NCBI RefSeq assembly: GCF_009914755.1
Contig: NC_060935.1
Direction: 5' to 3' (one strand)
DNA length: 64,000 nt
Source of the DNA: the human T2T-CHM13v2.0 reference genome, Homo sapiens
Shown here: piece by piece, positions 55,947-64,000 of the stretch
Layout of the letters: every line of letters begins with the position of its first letter
Position numbering within the stretch: the stretch's first letter is position 1
Notes under the pieces: model-generated
Database searches by the model: none
Told to the model about the DNA's origin: nothing
What the model saw: only the letters and a program-made list of their open reading frames with translations
Translations under genes and position numbers: made by a program

Positions 55947-57974
55947 GGCTCTCACGTTAGACCTGATTATATTACTAAACTGTCAAATAAATGTTTATCC
56001 TTTATTTACTCTCTCTGGTCTTGTTTTTCTTTATACAACATGTGATAAGAATAATAACACTCACTTTACTTACCTTAGGGAGCACACAAATGTTAAGCAA
56101 AAACACTTTTTAGCATTCTCTCTAGAAGAACACTACAAAATGTCAGGTATCTCTGTATTATTTTTGGAGGGCTCATGAGGTCAATGACAAGCTTTTGAAT
56201 TCTTAACTAATTTTCTTTAAGATATGCAGCATTTCCATCTTAGGTGGAACAGTCTTGATACTGTTGATGTAGAAGGCACCACATGACTGGTATTGTGCTT
56301 TCCCAACTCTTCCACTGGGAAGAAACAGCATTTTAGCTAACCTATGGACTTAACATTGAATGAAACTGCTAAGAAATGACCAGAATATGAACCTAATTTT
56401 AGTGAAAGGAGAACAGCAGGTTGATAACCACTCTTTGAACAGTAATTTTATCTACACCATTTATGAACCAAAAGACTGACATGAAATATAACGTGTTAAC
56501 ATAAAACATAATATGTTCTTTCAGTGGTGTTTACAGAAGCTTATTCTCCATGCAATGGTCAGAAGACATGCACGTTTAGGTAACATACTTTTCTTAAAAC
56601 CTTGTAAGACAAGATGCTACATTACAAAAATCCTATGAAAATGACTGCTTGAAATATCTTTAGCAGCATAAAGCACTCAATTGTATGATTCTTTCACAAT
56701 TTTTCTTTCTCCATTAAATGACATTTTGATTTTTTTTCACCATAAATTACGTGATTCAGCAGCATGGATATTAGGATTAAGTATCCAACATAGGCAATGT
56801 TGATATCGTGGATACCAAGGAGATGTGCTTTTCTGATAGCGACTGGCCACAGCGCCCCATGGAGCACTGTGGTAGTGCCTATGGCAAGGACAGAGGAAAC
56901 AAATGAAGGTGGAGGCTCATGTGGTTTTATAGTTTAGAAGAGGTCAGCATATGTGACTTTAACGGGCCATCAGAGTGTATATATTTGGCTTACATTTCTG
57001 CTTCATGTACCTTCTTTTGCTTCTTTGAAGATACAGTCTTAAGAAAGAAAAAAAAATGATAAAGTAGGCTGTTGCAATTTAAAGAAACAAATTAGTCATT
57101 CTCCAGGTCTTATTCTGAGAGCTTATTATCTGCCCAATTCTATGGTATGGGATTTTAAGCTACTGGCATAGATGTGTGTGTATGCATATAAGTGTGTGTA
57201 GATGTGTATGCACTACAATGAATGCATGAATTTTTAAAAAGTGGAATGTTGATATTTGTGTCTTGATCCTTTCTCTTTCCTCATAACCCTCAATCCATAA
57301 ACAATAAACACGAGTCTTGCAAATTGCAAGGTACTGTAATAGGCTGCAATAAATTTGATCTAGAACATCAGGGTTTTTATTTCACTATCTTTGCAGAAGG
57401 ATAAATGAAGGTAATTCAGAAACATGATTGCTTTCTTCACTCTCTATTCATTTTATTCATTGCATTAAAGATAGTTTAACATTATAGAAAGTTTAGAAAA
57501 GAGAGGGGAAAATCCTCCATTATCCAAACACTCAAATATAATAACTATTACATTTTTATTTTTCCTACTGTCTTCTCTATATTCCTTTTAGAAGATATTT
57601 TACAGATAAAAACAATTACGGGATAATGGATGGAAATAGACAACAGTTCCTGTTTTATTTTCTCTTTTTTTCTCATTTAAGAAATGGAAATGATTGCCCA
57701 AGGCTGAAAATAAATTGTTCTGATTTATTTTTAAAATGGATACCCATTGTTTGATTTCCTCTATACATACATATTGAGAGAAAAATAAAAATACTGACAT
57801 TACCAAAAACCCTGTGACTTTCCACATTAGCATTCCTGGGGATTTTTTAAAAAAAAGCTCTCTTTCTGCGTTCACCTTTTTAACTTACTATGGAATTTAC
57901 AAGAGGTAGTAGGCGGTACTGAGAAGTTAATGGTAGAAATTTTTCTTTACGTTTTGGGATATGAATTTTGCATC

Positions 57975-58600
57975 AGAACATTCAACCAATATTCATTGAA
58001 TGCATACCAATACCATTTACTCTACAATTTACCAGCAATGAGACAGTGGAAGAGGGAGAAAAACCCCACTCTTGTGCAGCCTTCAGGCTAGTGTATGAGA
58101 CATACCAATGAACAGGGATTACAATCTATCCAATGCTACTGAGGGACAGTTGGAAGTTCAGAGAGCTATATGGGCACATTAGAGAGTCCAGGAAGTCATA
58201 AAAACGTTTCAGTGAGGAAACCTGAAAGATGTATAGGAGATTTTCAGAAAAGTGGCAGAGACTGGGTATCCCAGGAAATGGGGACAGGGTGTGAGTTAGC
58301 TTAAAGAAAAAGCAGAGAACATGGTGCATTATAGCGATGTGTGAGTGTGTGTGTTTGTGTGTATGTGCACATGATGGAAGAGAGCGAGACTTTGCTGAGA
58401 GCTGTCACCTGAGAAGTTGATTGGGACATGAGTTATATGGAGAAGAGTGGCAGGAACAGAACTGCATTTCAGAAAGATAATTCTGCCTGAAGTGTCTTCT
58501 TTGTATCATAAATGAAACAGTGACCAGAACAGTCAATATGGAGCAGTCAAAAGCAAATAGACTGAATGAAACCCATGCTTGAGAAGTGAAGTAATGCATA
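57975..58600 (-). mobile_element. L2 fragments (approximate bounds)
   Basis: cattcaaccaatattcattgaatgc..., ctgcatttcagaaagataattctg. Confidence 0.6.
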
Positions 58601-58679
58601 GTTTCTTTAATAAGGTATAAATACACACTGCACACATACATACACATGCAAACAGACAACCAGGCCAGAATCAGTAACT

Positions 58680-58900
58680 AGTAACTATGATGACATTTAT
58701 TAGGCACTTAATATGTGCCAACAATTGTACTTAAAATATCTTTAACCTCAGAACATCCTTGCACTATAGACGTTGTTGTTTACAATTTATAGAAAGAAAA
58801 CTGAGACTCAGAGGGGATAAGCAAGTTGCTACTGTTTCTTCTCTGTTAAATAGACAGTATTTCTCTGACCAAAAACTCACACTGTGTCTACCATACTATG
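58680..58900 (-). mobile_element. MIR
   Basis: gacatttattaggcacttaatatgtgcca...gaaaactgagactcagagg. Confidence 0.8.
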
Positions 58901-59373
58901 CTCTTTCTCTATTGAACTGTCAACCCAAGGGAATAATATGAGCCATTGTTGAGACTGATAAATTGGAAAAGCAAACACAGGACACATCAGCTCTTATCGT
59001 CCAACACAAAACAGAGAGTTAAGCAGGCTCAATGAAAGACAGGCCATATAACCTGCACACTTGCAAGGAGGCCCAGAGCTTCCCGGTATGCGAAAGTTCT
59101 TCCCCTTTAACTTCTCATATCTCCCAAAATCTAATTTGTCAATATTCCATTTAACCCTAGAATAATTTTCTTTTACTTCAACCTTAGTTCTTACCTCATA
59201 GTTCTTCAGTAAAACATTGTAAAAGCAGAGACTGTTCTGGAAATGGAATTGATTCTGAATATGTTAACCACTCTCTTTCAGGTTTGAATTCAGCACAGTT
59301 TTTCCTGCATAGCAGAAATGAAATACATAGACCTCTATTCATTGCTTTAAAAACTAATGCATATTCTCTCTGT

Positions 59374-59402
59374 CACACACACGCGCGCACACACACACAC
59401 AC
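59374..59402. repeat. (CA)n(CG)n(CA)n alternating purine-pyrimidine tract
   Basis: cacacacacgcgcgcacacacacacacac. Confidence 0.9.
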
Positions 59403-60089
59403 TAATCTGCCATTTGAGAAAAAGAAATTGTCAAGTAAAAATTCTTAGACTGATTTTTCTCTGCTAAATAAATTCATTTTCTGATTTCTAGTCTAGTTTT
59501 TCCCAACACTGATGGTCTCATAAAACTGGAGTATGATTGCATTTGATTTATATATTTATACATTTACAATTTCTCTCACAAGTAGTATCTCCCTTGATCC
59601 TAATGACAAACCTGTGAATTAGAATCACACTGGAATTTGGGTCAGACATGTGAGGCAAAAATTCTGTTCAATGATAACAATAAAACTGGTTTTGCTACAA
59701 AATAGCTTTTTGGGTAGCTACTCTCACAGCAAATAATGACAGAAGTAGAGCATTTTCTTGCAATAAGGAGAGGATAATATTTTGGAATAGCAGGGAGGAC
59801 TCCCTGACAGTTTTTGAAGTATTTTTTCTAATTTCTTAGTCTTGCACTTCTTTTTGCCATTCTAATAATGAATTGTCACATGTCAAAGGATCTCATTTTA
59901 TAAAAACTTGTATTATTTTCAATAGTTTGCACATTATTTTCTAGTTCTTTTTTTTTATTCTTATCATTAACATTTTAGTGCAAAAATTTAAGAAGGTATT
60001 TCTGAGTGAAAACAAAAACTAAAATTTTCCCAGAGAATACCATTGGTATTGTCTTGCTCTTTTTGACTTATTTCCCTCTCTGTGCATAT

Positions 60090-60090
<1 letters not shown>

Positions 60091-60126
<36 letters not shown>
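60091..60126. repeat. (AC)18 microsatellite
   Basis: Direct count. Confidence 0.97.
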
Positions 60127-60129
<3 letters not shown>

Positions 60130-60307
60130 TATCTCACAAATATCTCTTAATAGGTTCTGTTTAGAAATATTTTCATTTACCTATTTTTTTTTCAATCAAC
60201 AGTACAGCATAGAACATATTCCTGGTATTTTTCTAAACACAGATACAAAATGTAAATAATAAAGAGTAGTTGCCCTTAATGGTGTCTAATAGATAACAAG
60301 GAAATTC

Positions 60308-60626
<319 letters not shown>

Positions 60627-62080
60627 TTACATTGATGTATATATCATTTTTGGCTCCTAAAATACTGTTTCTAATGATTATATTCTTATTGTATAGTATG
60701 GGTATTGAATAAAGTTTTTGCTATTTAAAAATATTGCAATGAGTATCTTTGTAGATAACAGTTTTCATGCATTCATAATAATGTTAAAAATAATATATTT
60801 CAAATATTTCCTTACGTTTTGCCTTAACTTTCTTTAACAGTCTATGCTTTATTATTTTTACATTTGGTATATTTTAACAACTAAACTCTTACTTCATAAA
60901 TTGCCCATGGAACACTGCCTCAGTCTCAATCATTAATCTGGTCAATTACTTGAAGTGTTTCTTCAACCAGGATAATATTTCATGGTTGTATGTTTTATGG
61001 TAAAATGTGCTCACTTAACAAATATTTATTTAGTATACCTACTGTATTTCAAAACGACACACAATGGGTATGTAATGGGAATCAAGTAGAACAACGTATT
61101 GCCTTCATAAGAATTACAGTAATGAAAGAGACATACTGAACAGGCAAGTGCAGTATAGGGTGAGGATTCTATTAATGGAAGATATCCAGAGCTGTGGGAG
61201 CACAAAAGTAGAAGAGCACAACAATAAAGGTGAAACAATTGGAAGAATGTGAGCTCATGGTGAAACAAAGTTGGCTCCCTCTGGACAACACCTGGACTAA
61301 AATCAGGGTTTGATGCCTTAGGCAGTGTACTTTTATTATATAATCCTACTCTTAGTGGTTAGAAACTGCTTGTTCATCTAGGAGAGTGGCTTCAGAGCAC
61401 AATCAGAAAATCAAGTATCTGCACATCAACCTTCTATCTAGACAGTAAAGAGGAAAAAAAGCAAGCCATTCTGGGCTTCATGTTTAGTTGGGGCACACAG
61501 TAATATCTTTCCAGACGTAAAATTAGGAAGTGACCATTTTTTGTTTCTCGTCTGTCGCCTCTTTTGAACACAATTGCTCTTCATTTCTGCTCTTGTATTA
61601 CTTTATTTGCACTTGCCTTTAATTGCTCTTCTTCCTTATTTGTATTACTTTCTCAGGTCCATATCTTGTCCTTTTATTGTGCATTTTGAATTGTTTTCAT
61701 AATTAACTTTATTTCTTTGGAATCTAATATTTGCACATAATAGGAGAGCAATAGCTTTCTTGATTTCATATTTTCTTTTGGAAATTAGTTTATTTCTAAC
61801 AGTGAAAATAAAAAGGGTGTGTGCATGTTAGCTGGACAGAATACAGGAAAACAGGAATGATCTCCATGTACTGTCATAAAACTTCTAGGAATTTTATGAA
61901 TTCTCAAACTTGAACCCTTGCATTTAGCCAGGTTAGACCTAAGTTAACTGGGAAACATAATGCTTTCTTCTGTTAGGTGAATTTCATAAAGGTGTAAAAG
62001 AAGGATATAAAGTGACCATTTCATTTTTCAGTATCATTGGTAAAAATTTATTTCTAGTCATTAGATAACAGTGGAAACTG

Positions 62081-62133
62081 AAAGCAGCATGCCGTCCTTG
62101 AGCAAAGCAGTATGCCGTCCTTGAGCAAAGCAG
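62081..62133. repeat. 23-bp tandem duplication (2.3 copies)
   Basis: AAAGCAG(C/T)ATGCCGTCCTTGAGC x2 + AAAGCAG. Confidence 0.95.
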
Positions 62134-63809
62134 TGAAACTGTAGCCACCTGTCTTTTGTGAACCACACTGGGAGCTTAATTAAAGAAACCTGCACCTGAC
62201 TCAAACTGGTTTGAATACCAATAGCTGATTCATTAATTGCAGAATAAAGTTCTTAATGCTTTAAAACACTAATATGGGCAGTAAGAATGTTTATACCAGT
62301 AGTTTTCCATTAACATACAAAAAAGCAGCTTTCTTGTTTTCCTTCTTTTAAGAAAAGGACGGTCATACAGAAAGCCAATATGTAAACCATAAAATTGGGA
62401 CTTCTCTGGCTGAGATTAGGTTAGGTTATCCCAAGCTCCCCTCCCTTCTCCTCCACCTATCCTTTTGGCCTCCATTTTCCTGACACTCTCCCAATCACCT
62501 CTGAGGCATTTCCATGAAAGCTCTGTTTCTGCTCATCACATTTGAAAGCCAACAGCTACGCTATCCAATTTGCGACTTCTGACTCCAGAGCTTGTTCTTA
62601 TAAGTAAACAGTTGTTTCCAAGGGACATCTTTACACTGTGGAAATTATTTATATTATTAATAGTAGTATGAGGAAAGATGATAAGACTTCTTGAACTTTA
62701 AACATAGTAGATATATATTTACTGCTTTTCCTTTAGCTCTGAACAAGGTTGTTCAATAAGGGGAGAGAAGCCCTGGTGACCCCTCTCCCCCCACCCAGTA
62801 AAGTGGATTATTTCTTCCAGGCATAATGGATTATATTTTATTAATCAACTAAATCTATATCAACAGATAAGTGGGTAGTTAGCAAATATAATACTTAAAG
62901 CCAGAGATGGTGTCTGAATAATGAGTTCACCAGGCAAAGATTAGAGAGGGATAATAGGGGAAAAAAAAACTAACAATGCAAGGACACAATGGTAAAAAGA
63001 ACACATTTTAGGTACCTAAACCTCCATGATGTGTATTTGTAAGTACAACATTTGAGTCAGGAGGTGAAGCTTGTGGGTGACTTTATTGTCCTAGTGAGGA
63101 TTTTGCATTTATCCCTATGTGGAAGGCATTGGCGGGCAAGTAAATATGCTTTTTGGAAATGTTGTTTAAAGTAACCAGAGTTAACTCAGCAAATATTTCA
63201 ACAGAAAAAAATGAGCATACCAAAATAGAAATTTCTATAAACATTAACATGCAAGAACAGCAAAATATTAATGCAGGAGGTAGGATAAAATGGGGAAATT
63301 ATTTAAGTCATGTGAGGCCTAATAAGTGATACAGTAAAAGGGAATCTTTTTTTTTTCACAATTCTCATTATAACCTCTCATTTACTTACATTATTAAAAG
63401 TTTGGTCTATAATATGTTTCCTAGTTCTTTGTTTAAAAAAATCAATATGTTCAATCCATTTTTAAAGCCAAAAATCTTTCTACTGATAGACTTGTTAGAT
63501 TCCTCAGTGAGTCTACCTATGCAAAGATTTTCCCCATAAGTAAACATTCTCACTGATTAAAGCACAAAAATAATAAAGCAGTTAGAGAATGGCTCCAGGA
63601 GATAATGTTTCATTGACTGGCATTCTGTCAGTAATGTGAATGCCATCCTGTTCTCATTTTCTCCCTGAACCCTGTAGGGAGGCCAGATTGAATAAGTAAC
63701 CCCCACAAAAGAAAGAATTTCTGAAAATGTCAAAAACACAAAACATAATTTGGTCTCTAAAATAATTGATTGCTTTGCATGGACAGATCCAGAAGAGACA
63801 ACATAGAAA

Positions 63810-64000
63810 ATTTTTCAACTATTTCTCCCGTTCACCTCTACTCTAGTAGTCCTCAGTTTCTATTATTGCCATCGTTATGTCAATGGGTACTCAATGTTTA
63901 GCTCCTACTTGTAAGTGAAAACATGCAATATTTGATTTTCTCTTCTTGCATTAATTTGCTTAGGATAATAGCATCTAGCTGCATCCATGATTCTGCAAAG
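63810..64000 (-). mobile_element. L1PA15/16-like 3' fragment running off the window end
   Basis: tttagctcctacttgtaagtgaaaacatgcaatatttg...gctgcatccatg. Confidence 0.85.

Overview
This is AT-rich, CpG-depleted primate DNA, almost certainly human, and it is non-coding. I find no supportable protein-coding gene, RNA gene or CpG island, and I cannot assign the locus from the sequence alone. A large share is interspersed repeat: 12 Alus, young and old L1 fragments, L2/MIR relics, DNA transposons (Tigger3b, MER30B, MER5, MER3, Charlie1-like), solo LTRs (MER61, MaLR, ERVL) and microsatellites. The only recognisable proteins in the ORF track are L1 ORF2 remnants and Alu translations. L1s lie almost all on the minus strand, which suggests an intron of a plus-strand transcript. 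The best observations are: a twin-primed L1 with a perfect TSD (5964-6208); an L1PA2-like copy with an apparent 29-nt 3' transduction (14235-14559); a FAME/SCA37-type (ATTTC)9-in-(ATTTT)n repeat in an Alu tail (33131-33210); a TATA-box promoter-like segment that could drive a small spliced transcript or micropeptide (30447-32365, speculative); a CpG-preserving AluYk-like element; an E-box minisatellite; and an isolated palindrome. Subfamily names come from remembered diagnostic positions. Boundaries of old repeats are approximate.
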